Assembly: GCA_048938445.1 (NCBI GenBank) | Contig: JBHLME010000020.1 | Span: forward strand, 1 to 44,058 | DNA from: Promethearchaeota archaeon | Lineage (GTDB): Archaea; Asgardarchaeota; Lokiarchaeia; Sigyniarchaeales; SOKP01 | Length of the DNA stretch: 44,058 bases | Direction of reading: 5' to 3' | Shown: positions 19,874-30,148 of the stretch, one piece after another | Position numbering within the stretch: position 1 is the first letter of the stretch | How the letters are laid out: every line of letters starts with the position of its first letter | Position numbers and translations under genes: made by a program | Notes under the pieces: generated by a model | The model's database searches: none | Seen by the model: the letters and a program-made list of their open reading frames with translations, nothing else | What the model was told of the DNA's origin: nothing

Positions 19874-21760
19874 TTGCTATATTTGATGATAGACTTTATT
19901 CAATTCCTTAAAAAACGAGAAGTTATAGCAACTTTAATTGAATATTATGATCTTAAAGATAAGAAGAGCATTTTATTACTAAATAAAATCATTGAAGATT
20001 TAGTAGAATTAAATAATATTGATGATGAATATGACATTATTGGAAATCTTTATGAAAAAAGAAAAAATCAAGCTGAAAGGAAAGAGTTAGGTGAATTTTA
20101 TACTCCTAAATTAATTGTGAATTATATTTTAGATTCTATTGGTTATAAATTTGAAAATAATATTGATGAGCTAAAAATAATCGATATTAGCTGTGGTTCA
20201 GGAAGTTTTTTAGTAGAAGCAGTAAAAAGAATTAAACTTAGATGGAAAAATAAGTTCAAAATTAGAAATTTTTCAGAATTATCAATTGCTAATGCCATCA
20301 AGATCATTGAGAATATCCAAAATAATATTTTTGGAATGGATGTCAATCCTATTGCAGTTATTTTATGTCAAATTAATTTTTATCTCGCTTTATCTGAAAT
20401 TATAAATCAAATAATGCAGCAGATAGAGGGATATAATTTACCAATATTTAATATTTCCGATATTTCTGCATTGAAAATTATTCCTTCGGGTGATTTTGAC
20501 TTTGTCGTAGGAAATCCTCCTTATTTATTCATGAGAGACATTCCAATTAGTCAAAGAGAAGCTATTGAAAGCTTACAACTGGAAACAAATACAGGACAAT
20601 ATGATTATTATCAAATTTTCATGGAATTAGGAACTAAACATCTAAAAAATCATGGATTTTTGGGATATATTGTTCCAGATTCTTTTTTAACATTATCAAA
20701 CAGAAGAATTATCAGGAAATACATTTATAATAATACTAAGATAAAGGAATTGTTCCATATAGGAGAAAAATTTGATGAACCAATAGTTTCTAATATAATA
20801 ATTATATTACAAAAGGAAAATAATAATATAGAAAGAGAAATGAACTATATTTCGATTAATGATACAGGAAATGAGAACAAAAAACCAAAAACAATTATTC
20901 AGAAATATATTAGAAATTGGAATTATGATTATTTGATTCACCTAGATGATGAAGATTTAAACCTTTTAACTCATTTAACAGAAGATTTCTTAAAATTGGG
21001 TGATATAATGAATTTAGATGGATATCAAATCGAATTGTCTCGAGGAGTCGAATTAGGAAAAGAAGGAAAAGTCATTTATTGTAAAAAATGTGATAAATTT
21101 TTGCCACTTCCAAGAAATGAACTTAAATGTTCTCGATGTAATACAATTTTAGATTTAAATTCTATGGAAAAGATAATCCATAAGTCTTTAAAAAAAGTGA
21201 ATCAGAATTATAAACCATTCATTTATTCAATAGATCAATATATTGTTAAAGAATATAGATATATTGATATTACCAAAAATGGTATCAATTATAAAGATTT
21301 TAATCTCTATAAAGATCGCATTATCATCCGGCAAATTAGTAAAAATAATAGAATTTGTGCAACATACTGTAAATCATTGTCTCTTACTTCACAATCTTTC
21401 TATAATATGAAAATAATTCAGTCTCCTATCTCAGAATTTAATAATTATTATTTATTAGGATTGATTAATTCAAACTTGTTGACATATTTTTTTATCAAAT
21501 CGTTTGGATCTTATAAAAAGCTCTTTCCAAGAATATTGATTGAAAAGATTAAGGAATTTCCAATAAAAATTCCAAAAAATAAAGAAGATATCAAATACTC
21601 ATTTAAAATAATTGAAAAAGTAAAATTCTTATTAAATTCTAAAGAAAGAGATAAAGCTCTTAAAATAGAAAAGCAAAAAGAAATAGACGATTTGGTTTTT
21701 CAACTATACCAGATACCAAATCATCTCTCAAAAAAAATATGCAATTACATCCAAGATTGA
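19874..21760 (+). CDS. N6-adenine DNA methyltransferase (gamma class, TaqI/Eco57I-like); start probably ATG 19886
   Basis: GEFYTP, DISCGSGSFL, VVGNPPY, C-terminal TRD with LLGLINS. Confidence 0.88.
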   Translation: MLYLMIDFIQFLKKREVIATLIEYYDLKDKKSILLLNKIIEDLVELNNIDDEYDIIGNLYEKRKNQAERKELGEFYTPKLIVNYILDSIGYKFENNIDELKIIDISCGSGSFLVEAVKRIKLRWKNKFKIRNFSELSIANAIKIIENIQNNIFGMDVNPIAVILCQINFYLALSEIINQIMQQIEGYNLPIFNISDISALKIIPSGDFDFVVGNPPYLFMRDIPISQREAIESLQLETNTGQYDYYQIFMELGTKHLKNHGFLGYIVPDSFLTLSNRRIIRKYIYNNTKIKELFHIGEKFDEPIVSNIIIILQKENNNIEREMNYISINDTGNENKKPKTIIQKYIRNWNYDYLIHLDDEDLNLLTHLTEDFLKLGDIMNLDGYQIELSRGVELGKEGKVIYCKKCDKFLPLPRNELKCSRCNTILDLNSMEKIIHKSLKKVNQNYKPFIYSIDQYIVKEYRYIDITKNGINYKDFNLYKDRIIIRQISKNNRICATYCKSLSLTSQSFYNMKIIQSPISEFNNYYLLGLINSNLLTYFFIKSFGSYKKLFPRILIEKIKEFPIKIPKNKEDIKYSFKIIEKVKFLLNSKERDKALKIEKQKEIDDLVFQLYQIPNHLSKKICNYIQD

Positions 21761-21938
21761 TAAAAGGCAAAAAAATTTATGATATTTTTAATGAGATGAT
21801 CAATAAAATTCTTTAATATAATATTATTTGCAATACAAGTTAATGATCTCATATTAATACATCAAAATTTTATATTATAGTATAAACTAATAATAATTGA
21901 GATTATAAGTATTAAATTTATTTCGAGTTGTAAAGAGA

Positions 21939-22511
21939 ATGAAAAGGACTGCTGAGGTTTCAAGAAAAACAGCTGAAACGGATATTACGATTAAATTGAA
22001 TTTAGATGGCTCTGGAAAATGTGAAATTAACACGGGATTCTCATTCATGGATCACATGTTAACATTATTAGCACGTCATTCAGGAGTAGATTTAGTCGTA
22101 AAAGCCGGTGGAGATTTGACACATCACGTTATAGAAGATATTGGAATTGTGCTAGGAGAATGCTTTGAGAAGGCTATAGGAGATAAAAAAGGAATAAATA
22201 GATATGGCACCGCATTTATTCCTATGGATGAATCTCTTGCAAGATGTACAATAGATTTTAGTGGAAGAAAAGCTTTAGCATTAGATCTTAAATTAAATGA
22301 ATGTGATATAGAGGATGTCGCTGTTGAAGATATAAAACATTTTCTAAATTCTTTTGCTGAGAATTCTAAGATAAATCTTCACTTGAACGTTTTATATGGA
22401 GAAGATCAGCACCATAAAACTGAAGCTGCTTTTAAAGCACTGGCAAGAGCTATTAAAGAATCAATTACAATTGTTTCAGATAAAATACCTTCAACTAAAG
22501 GTGTTTTGTAA
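21939..22511 (+). CDS. hisB: Imidazoleglycerol-phosphate dehydratase
   Basis: RKTAETDI, FMDHML, HHVIED, PMDESLA, HHKTEAAFKA, IPSTKGVL. Confidence 0.97.
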   Translation: MKRTAEVSRKTAETDITIKLNLDGSGKCEINTGFSFMDHMLTLLARHSGVDLVVKAGGDLTHHVIEDIGIVLGECFEKAIGDKKGINRYGTAFIPMDESLARCTIDFSGRKALALDLKLNECDIEDVAVEDIKHFLNSFAENSKINLHLNVLYGEDQHHKTEAAFKALARAIKESITIVSDKIPSTKGVL

Positions 22512-22547
22512 TAATTATATTTTTTTTTGAGAAATAAATGAAAAACT

Positions 22548-25500
22548 ATGAATTTAAAGAAGCTTGAATTAACTTTTATTCCATCAGAATATTGGAATGA
22601 ATCACCTAGTAAATTCGAATTACTATCTAAAGGAAAAAAACTTCCTAAAAATGCTCATTTTTTTCTTTTTTGGATTCCTTCAATTAATTCTGAACAGGAA
22701 CTAATTAATCAAATCTTAAGTGTATTTCCAAAAATTCCTGCTTCTAAACTATTATCATGTAAGATAAATCTAGCTCTACCTTTACCTTTTCTAAAAATAA
22801 AAAGTAATAATGATGATAATAATAATAAATATTTTGGCATAACTACTGTTTTAGGAAAAATTGTTCCAATCTCCCCTGCAATAAAATTACTTTATAATTT
22901 AGAATTAATTGAAAGTCAAGATCGTAGTATAACACATTATAGCAATTCAATAAAAACCTGGGGTTTTTTAACCAAGTTGATATTTGAATTATTAAATAAA
23001 GGACAATTTGTTCCTATTCTAAAACCTCTAGATGGAAAATTGTTTGAAGCACAATGGCAATTATTATTAACTTCACAAAATGATAATGAACGTTTTCAGT
23101 CAATTTTAAAAAGTAGCGACTGGAAATCATTTAATTTACCTATAAACTTCATATCTAATGATGGAACTTTAATAACAGATGGTCTTTGGCACCCATCTTA
23201 TATTTTTACTAATTATATTGATAGTATCGGAGATTATGTAATCCGTTCAATCCTTAAAAAAACTAAATTCTCAACTTTTAAAGAATTTTATAGTACTGAA
23301 ATCAAAAAAGAATCAGATCCATCATATAAAATAGGATGGGATTATAAATTTCTTAAAAGTCTAATAAAAAATGATCCAAGATTTGAAATAAAAGAATATT
23401 ACGAAACAGTAATTCCTACTATAATTAAAAATTGGGTTCAATCAGCTAGAGGTTTTACCTTTAAACACGGTTCATTTTTCACTTTAAAGTTACAATATCC
23501 TAAAAAATCAGAAGAGGAATGGCCATTAGTATTTTTTATTTCATTACAAGAAGATTCAACTCTAATTTCTCTAAAAGAAATTTGGGAAGGAAATATTAAA
23601 AAAGAATCTAAGTTTCAAAATTTATTTGATAACGATGAATCATATATAGAAACAATACTAAGAGCACTTGGTACCATCTCTAAGATATTTCCACCAATAA
23701 AACGGATGTTAGAAGAAAAATTTCCCGGTGAAATAAAATTAACTTCAACAGAAGTAATAGAATTTCTAAAATATCCAAAAGATTTATTGATACAGAGTGG
23801 TTTTAACGTGATTTTACCCGATGCATTTTCAATTGGGGGTGCCCAGCGTTTAACAGCAAGATTACTAATTCGTTCAGGGGATACAGAGAAATATGGATCT
23901 AAATCAACTCAATCCATACCTTCTTTATTTGATATGAGTTCAATGTTAGAATTTAAATGGGAAGCAAACCTTGGAGGAGAAAAAATATCTGATGATGAAT
24001 TTAAAAAATTAATAAATTCTAACCAACCACTCATTAATTTAAGAGATAAGTGGATATTAATTGATCAATATGATCTTGAAGAATTACGTAATGCTAAAGA
24101 TTTAGACTTGGATAATTACGTGGATGCTTTAAAATTAGGATTAACGGGAAGTATTCAATTAGGAGAAAATGGGAATAGATATGAAGTAATTGTAGAGGGT
24201 GTATTTGGAGAAATTATTGATCAATTAAAATCAATTGATACTTTCGAGAAAATACCCCCTCCCTCGTCCTTCCATGGAACATTAAGACCTTATCAAGAAA
24301 TAGCATTATCTTGGATGGGAAATATGTGTAAATTTAATTTTGGTCTATGTTTAGCTGATGATATGGGTCTTGGAAAAACTATTCAAGTCATTGCTTTACT
24401 ATTACATTTAAAAGAAATTTACCCAAATGAGCAATTTAAATTTTTGATCGTATGTCCGACATCCTTACTATTCAATTGGAGCAGAGAGTTGAACAAGTTT
24501 GCTCCTGATTTAAGAATTATAATACATCATGGATCAAATCGGTTAAAAGATGCAATTAAAATTACTAAAAATTTAGAAAATTATGAAATATTATTGACTT
24601 CCTATGGAACTATTAGAAATGACATAGAATTTCTCCAAATCATACCGTTTAGCGGTATCATAATTGATGAATCTCAAAATATTAAAAATTATTCTTCACA
24701 ACAGACCCAATCAATACTCAAGCTTCAAGGGAATTTTAGAATAGGATTAAGTGGTACCCCACTTGAAAATAGATTAATGGAACTGTGGACCCTATTTGAA
24801 TTTTTAAATCCAGGTCTTTTAGGGACTAGAACTGAATTTCAAAAAAACTATATTATTCCAATTGAACGGTTTCAAGATGAAGAAGTGATAGATAAGCTTA
24901 AATTGATTATATCTCCTTTCATGATGAGACGTGTTAAAACTGATAAATCTATCATCAATGATTTACCCGACAAAAATGAAATGAAAATCTTTATTGAATT
25001 AACAGAACAACAAGTTATTTTATATCAAGAAATTGTTGATAACACGTTTAAAGAGTTTGATAGGATAAAATTTGATAATCAAAAGAAGAGAGGTCTCATT
25101 TTAGGATTATTAGTAAAATTAAAACAAATTTGCAATCATCCATTTCAATATTTAAAAGAGGATCTAAAAAGCATTAATAATGAAGGAGGTTTGGAAAATT
25201 TTTTATCCCAATCTCAAAAAGTAGAAAGACTTTTAGAAATTACAGAAGAAGTAATAGCAAATGGTGAAAAAATATTGATTTTTACTCAATTTAGACAAAT
25301 GGGAGATATCTTATATAAAGTGCTTTCTTTAAAATATGATTTTACCATTCTTTATTTTCATGGAAGTGTTCCTGAAAAGAAAAGGAGAGAAATTGTTGAT
25401 GAATTTCAATCAGATGAAATCAATAGTTCACCCATTTTGATTTTATCTTTAAAAGCAGGAGGTACGGGATTAAATTTAACTCAAGGAACTACTGTAATAC

Positions 25501-25745
25501 ATATAGATCGATGGTGGAACCCTGCAGTGGAAGATCAAGCAACTGATCGTGCATATCGTATTGGACAAAAATCAAAAGTAAACGTTTATAAATTTATTAC
25601 GATAGGCACTTTAGAAGAAAAAATTGATCTTTTACTAGAAGAAAAACGTGATTTAGCGGATAAAATAGTCTCTTCTAAGGGAGAATCGTGGATTTCTGAT
25701 TTAGATGAAGAAAAACTAAAAAATTTATTATTATTAAGTAATTAA
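22548..25745 (+). CDS. SNF2-family helicase/ATPase
   Basis: LRPYQ, LADDMGLGKT, DESQNIKN, SGTPLEN, SLKAGGTGLNL, WWNPAVEDQATDRAYRIGQ. Confidence 0.96.
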   Translation: MNLKKLELTFIPSEYWNESPSKFELLSKGKKLPKNAHFFLFWIPSINSEQELINQILSVFPKIPASKLLSCKINLALPLPFLKIKSNNDDNNNKYFGITTVLGKIVPISPAIKLLYNLELIESQDRSITHYSNSIKTWGFLTKLIFELLNKGQFVPILKPLDGKLFEAQWQLLLTSQNDNERFQSILKSSDWKSFNLPINFISNDGTLITDGLWHPSYIFTNYIDSIGDYVIRSILKKTKFSTFKEFYSTEIKKESDPSYKIGWDYKFLKSLIKNDPRFEIKEYYETVIPTIIKNWVQSARGFTFKHGSFFTLKLQYPKKSEEEWPLVFFISLQEDSTLISLKEIWEGNIKKESKFQNLFDNDESYIETILRALGTISKIFPPIKRMLEEKFPGEIKLTSTEVIEFLKYPKDLLIQSGFNVILPDAFSIGGAQRLTARLLIRSGDTEKYGSKSTQSIPSLFDMSSMLEFKWEANLGGEKISDDEFKKLINSNQPLINLRDKWILIDQYDLEELRNAKDLDLDNYVDALKLGLTGSIQLGENGNRYEVIVEGVFGEIIDQLKSIDTFEKIPPPSSFHGTLRPYQEIALSWMGNMCKFNFGLCLADDMGLGKTIQVIALLLHLKEIYPNEQFKFLIVCPTSLLFNWSRELNKFAPDLRIIIHHGSNRLKDAIKITKNLENYEILLTSYGTIRNDIEFLQIIPFSGIIIDESQNIKNYSSQQTQSILKLQGNFRIGLSGTPLENRLMELWTLFEFLNPGLLGTRTEFQKNYIIPIERFQDEEVIDKLKLIISPFMMRRVKTDKSIINDLPDKNEMKIFIELTEQQVILYQEIVDNTFKEFDRIKFDNQKKRGLILGLLVKLKQICNHPFQYLKEDLKSINNEGGLENFLSQSQKVERLLEITEEVIANGEKILIFTQFRQMGDILYKVLSLKYDFTILYFHGSVPEKKRREIVDEFQSDEINSSPILILSLKAGGTGLNLTQGTTVIHIDRWWNPAVEDQATDRAYRIGQKSKVNVYKFITIGTLEEKIDLLLEEKRDLADKIVSSKGESWISDLDEEKLKNLLLLSN

Positions 25746-25754
25746 AAATCAATC

Positions 25755-26708
25755 GTGATGAAACTGGATAATAGAAAAAAGGAATTTTTGGAAGGTCGTA
25801 AACTTAGAAGGAATAAAACTGAACGTCCAACGTTTAAAACAGAACGAGAAAAACAAGAGACCCGAGAGGAAGTAGAACAAATTAAAAGAAACTTATTAAA
25901 TTTTGCATCAACCTCGTGGGGAAAAAAATGGATTAAATCAAATTTAAAAATTGGTAGACCTTTTAGGATGCAGAGAGGCATTGAATATGTAAAAGATCAA
26001 ACAAGAATCGATAATATTTCTATTGGGGACGGTCAAATATTTGGTACAGTCCAAGGTACAGCACCAACACCTTATCGTGTAAAAATAATTTTTGATACAA
26101 TACCAGAAGAAGTATGGCAAAAGATAATCATAGATCTTACTAAAAAGACGCTGAATCTCATAGAACTACTAAATGGAATAATGCCTGAAGATATCAATGA
26201 TTTTTTTTCTAAACATGGATTCAATCTCTTCCCTGATGCTGCAAAAGGTCTAAATGCTACCTGTTCCTGCCCGGATACTGCAATTCCATGTAAGCATATT
26301 GCCGCGATTATTCTATATCTCGCTAGAGTATTAGATTTTAATCCATTTTTATTATTGGAACTACATGGGAAATCTAAGAGAGAAATTTTCAATGACCTTA
26401 AATTCTCAAAATTAGATGAGGAGTTTAAGATAAAAACTATACAAGAGATGAACGTTTCAGAAGAAAATGTTAATTTCGATTTCAATAAACCAAAAATTTT
26501 GATTCAAGAACTGACTTCTGGTCAAATAAATCAAGAAAAAGAATTTAAAATAGGATTTAAATATAAAAAACCAGGTAAAGTTATAGAGATATTGGAAAAT
26601 TTGGGGATGCCACAGACGATTGATAATAAGGCATTTGAAATTGTCTTGAAATCAATATATAACTCCATTAAATTACGGACGTATGAAATGGTCTTAGGAA
26701 TTGAATGA
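25755..26708 (+). CDS. SWIM zinc-finger protein (partner of SNF2)
   Basis: CSCPD..IPCKH; WGKKW, RG..Y, VQGT..PY. Confidence 0.92.
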   Translation: MMKLDNRKKEFLEGRKLRRNKTERPTFKTEREKQETREEVEQIKRNLLNFASTSWGKKWIKSNLKIGRPFRMQRGIEYVKDQTRIDNISIGDGQIFGTVQGTAPTPYRVKIIFDTIPEEVWQKIIIDLTKKTLNLIELLNGIMPEDINDFFSKHGFNLFPDAAKGLNATCSCPDTAIPCKHIAAIILYLARVLDFNPFLLLELHGKSKREIFNDLKFSKLDEEFKIKTIQEMNVSEENVNFDFNKPKILIQELTSGQINQEKEFKIGFKYKKPGKVIEILENLGMPQTIDNKAFEIVLKSIYNSIKLRTYEMVLGIE

Positions 26709-26818
26709 ATCTTCAATATCATTTTTATGAATGCTTTCTTAATAAATTTTAAATAATCCTTTATATAATATTTAAAAATACAGAATTGAGGATAGAATAG
26801 TAAACTTGATTCTTAATC

Positions 26819-27763
26819 ATGTTAGAAGAAAAACTTAAAACAGTTCTGATAAGTTACATAAATGAAGTTGAAGGTATATTAGCCGTTTCAATTTGCGATC
26901 GAGACGGATTAATTATTACTTCCGAAGGAAGGAGTGATATAGGGGATGACATAATAGGTGGTCTCTCTGCAATTTTGGACAGTTATATTGATAGAATTAA
27001 AGCCGAATTTGAAACCCAATCAAATTTTTGTAATATTACCAATATGGGTGACAAAAAATTTATCTATTGTTCTATGGGACCTAATTCAATATTAACAACA
27101 ATATCTGAACCAGATACTTCTGATGTTACATTGCGCGTTCTTTCAGAATATGTTGCGGAAAAAATCGAATTAATACTTAATAAAGAAGAGGTATCGTTGG
27201 AAATACCAGATATTGTAAAATCTTTATCAAAAACAAGAGAAGGTAAATTTCCTCCAGGAAAATTCTCTATTAAATTAATATTAACTGGAGATTTCAAGGT
27301 TGGAAAAACTTCTTTAATCAAACGTTTTGTAGAAGATACATTTCATGAGAATTATATCTCAACAATTGGAGTTCAAATTTCAAAAAAGTCGATTAATCTA
27401 GGGTCAAATACAGAGATGAATTTCATAATATGGGACATTGGAGGGCAGAAAACGATGGTTGCGCCTAATTTTTATAGAGGTGCCAATGCAGCTTTCATCG
27501 TAGTAGACAGAACTCGTGAAGAAACCCTTACAAACGTGAAAAGATGGCAAGAGGAGATTACTCGAAAGGTGTCTCAAAAAATCCCCGTCGTTATCGTGGG
27601 AAATAAATCTGATTTGATTGATAAGATTGTCCTTACCAAAGATGATATTAAAACCCTTGCTGATCAACATAACTTTCATTATATTCTTACAAGTGCAAAA
27701 ACAGGAGAAAATGTTAACGGGGCATTTTTTCATATTGCATTTAAAATGATCGAATTATTTTAA
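26819..27763 (+). CDS. Roadblock/LC7 domain fused to a Rab-like small GTPase
   Basis: N-terminal VEGILAVSICDRDGLII; G1 GDFKVGKT, G2 STIG, G3 WDIGGQ, G4 NKSD, G5 SAK. Confidence 0.92.
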   Translation: MLEEKLKTVLISYINEVEGILAVSICDRDGLIITSEGRSDIGDDIIGGLSAILDSYIDRIKAEFETQSNFCNITNMGDKKFIYCSMGPNSILTTISEPDTSDVTLRVLSEYVAEKIELILNKEEVSLEIPDIVKSLSKTREGKFPPGKFSIKLILTGDFKVGKTSLIKRFVEDTFHENYISTIGVQISKKSINLGSNTEMNFIIWDIGGQKTMVAPNFYRGANAAFIVVDRTREETLTNVKRWQEEITRKVSQKIPVVIVGNKSDLIDKIVLTKDDIKTLADQHNFHYILTSAKTGENVNGAFFHIAFKMIELF

Positions 27764-27891
27764 CAATTTTTTATAATTAATAACCAAACGTTTTTATTAA
27801 TAGTATTTCTTCTTTAATTTAAGTAATATTATATGATATAATGATAAAATGGAGGTTTAGTGATATATTTTAAAGGAGGAGGTAATAATAA

Positions 27892-28821
27892 ATGTCACAG
27901 GTATTAAGCATTCAATTCAATGATATAATAGCAACTTGAAACGCCGCAGGATACTTGATGGGTTTCTCAATAAAAGAAATTAAATATAAGGGAAAATATT
28001 TATTATTTCTAACAGATCCAGTGAAAGCAGGGCCGAGATTTAGCTTTAAATTGAAAGGAAAAAGAGTAGGGACTATTCCTGTTGTATTAAAAAATGTAGA
28101 ACCAACCCCCATCTATAAATTGGTTAATAGTAGAAAGGGATCATCAATACATAGAATTACTTTAGATTTTGACGTTCAAGAATACTTGAAACTTCTAGTT
28201 GAGAAAGGAGAATTAAAACCTTTAAACTTTACTAAAGAAAATCATCTTATTAGATTGTATGTAGACATCTTCATGTATCCACATGAACCCTATTTGATAA
28301 CATTCTTCACATTGAAGAACATATCAGACTATAATCTAATAGATTTTTCCATGTATTTCTTGTTTGATTTTGACGTTAATGGTCTCGAGGGGTATGATAA
28401 CGACTATGCTGGTTATGATGTAGAAAATGACATTATTTATCAATATGACATGACGAAACTCTATGGGGGTTTTTCAACCATATCAAAACCAACCCACTTC
28501 GAATCTTGTCAAACAAAAGACTTAAAAATTGATAATGAAAAACTAAATCTTTCAAATACATTATATGACAAGTCTGGTGAACTTTCATCAGCATTACAAC
28601 TTGCATTCCTAACATTACCACCAGATCATTCTTTCCAAACAGCATTCGTTTTATCAGGGGGAATTAATAAGGAAGAACTAATCCAAAACATCACTGAAGG
28701 TAAAAAAAGAGCAATGAAATATTTGCAGCAAGTAAATAGGTCAATCAAATCGGAACAAAGAAATGAACAAGATCCCGCGTTTATTGATTTAAATCTTAAA
28801 AAAAGAGAAGAATGTAAATAA
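27892..28821 (+). CDS. Hypothetical beta-sandwich protein with in-frame TGA at codon 16 (possible Sec/readthrough or nonsense lesion)
   Basis: SD AAGGAGGAGGT at 27873-27883; ATG 27892 is in frame with the 27955 ORF; the only interruption is TGA 27937-27939 (MSQVLSIQFNDIIAT*NAAGYLMGF). Confidence 0.7.
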
Positions 28822-28893
28822 ATCCAAAATAATGATTTAAATAAAAAAACCTAATAGGAAGTTATTTAATGAATACCCTGTGCGGGATAGGAT

Positions 28894-30117
28894 TTATTCG
28901 AAAAGGTTTGAAAATAAAAAACCTTTTGAAACACTATTTTTAAAAGTAATTAATTGGATTTTTTTATTATATGCTTTTGATTTTATAATTTGAGCCATTA
29001 ATTTTTCAGGTTTTATGTTATCGGGTAATTTTGAATTGATAATAAGCACATAATTTTTATATAGCTTCCAATCTTCTTTTTCCTTCATATAATAGTCAAT
29101 GGTGTTTTCTTCTAATTTAGAATTTATTTCATTTCTCAAGTTTTCTTTGGAATTACTCTCTCTATCTATTAAAAAATAGTCTAAAATGATTTCATCTCGT
29201 TTCTCATTCCTTAATATAATTATACCTTTTTGTTTTTGTTTTTCAAAACAGATTTCAATTCCTTCGCGGTTAGTTTTTTTAAAGATATTATATAAAAGAA
29301 ATTGATAATCTTGATATAATTCTTTACGAGCTTCTTGAATTTTCTTATTGATAATATCTTGATAATAATTATTAATTTCATAACCAATTGATTTACGAAA
29401 AAGGCTTTTAGCTACTTTTAAAGTAGTACCTGAGCCTACAAAAGGATCCAAAATAGTATCCCCTATAAATGAAAACATTCTTATTAATCGATAAGGTAAC
29501 TCTTCGGGAAACATTGCAATATGTTCCTTTTGAACTATTCCAGGAAATCGCCAATGACCTATATACCATTTTTTCCACTCACTTAACGAGATCTTTGACA
29601 GCTCTTTTACTTCTTTTTCAATTTTTCTAAGTCCTTGTTTCCCTACTTTCTTGAAAATTAAAATATGTTCATAATCAAAAGTAAGCAAGCCATTTCTAGG
29701 GTAAAAGATAGATCCCATCAAGGAACATCCCCCAGTGGTATTAGTAGTACTTATTTTTTGCCAAATAATATCTCCTAAAAAGTCAAATCCAAGTTCTAGA
29801 CAATCCTTAATAATCCTACTGGCTATTGATAAAATTCTATATCGACCATATTCAGATGTTCTTAAGTATTGATCTCCAATATTAATAACCATTCTACATT
29901 GAGGTTCAAGAATGCGCAAACATTCCTTCCATACATTTTTCAAACGCTCAAAGTATTCTTCAAAGGAGTCTGAAAAGCCTATTTGTTGTTTTGAGCCATA
30001 ATCTTTGATTTTTCCATAAGGAGGAGAAGTAATAATTAATTGTACTGAATTATTGGCAACTTCTTCCATTTTTTCAGAACTTTTAAAATAAACAACAGGC
30101 TCTTCAATTTCAAACAT
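28894..30117 (-). CDS. Beta-class DNA methyltransferase (N4-C/N6-A) with C-terminal extension
   Basis: ITSPPY precedes H.A.FP and DPFVGSGTT. Confidence 0.9.
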   Translation of the reverse strand: MFEIEEPVVYFKSSEKMEEVANNSVQLIITSPPYGKIKDYGSKQQIGFSDSFEEYFERLKNVWKECLRILEPQCRMVINIGDQYLRTSEYGRYRILSIASRIIKDCLELGFDFLGDIIWQKISTTNTTGGCSLMGSIFYPRNGLLTFDYEHILIFKKVGKQGLRKIEKEVKELSKISLSEWKKWYIGHWRFPGIVQKEHIAMFPEELPYRLIRMFSFIGDTILDPFVGSGTTLKVAKSLFRKSIGYEINNYYQDIINKKIQEARKELYQDYQFLLYNIFKKTNREGIEICFEKQKQKGIIILRNEKRDEIILDYFLIDRESNSKENLRNEINSKLEENTIDYYMKEKEDWKLYKNYVLIINSKLPDNIKPEKLMAQIIKSKAYNKKIQLITFKNSVSKGFLFSNLFE

Positions 30118-30148
30118 TAATTAGTAAATATTATAGGATTTTTTTAAA

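Noticed and set aside
21761-21938. Possible His-rich leader upstream of hisB
   Set aside because: The short ATG-initiated ORFs I read here (MIFLMR, MINKIL, MISY) contain no His codons.
27841-27907. Short uORFs upstream of or overlapping ATG 27892 (MIKWRFSDIF*, GTG-IYFKGGGNNKCHRY*)
   Set aside because: No compositional signal and poor SD spacing; the GGG run is simply the SD of the main gene.
19874-30117. Defence island (two MTases + SNF2/SWIM)
   Set aside because: The genes are interleaved with hisB and a GTPase, no nuclease partner was recognised, and SNF2-SWIM is a known widespread pair.
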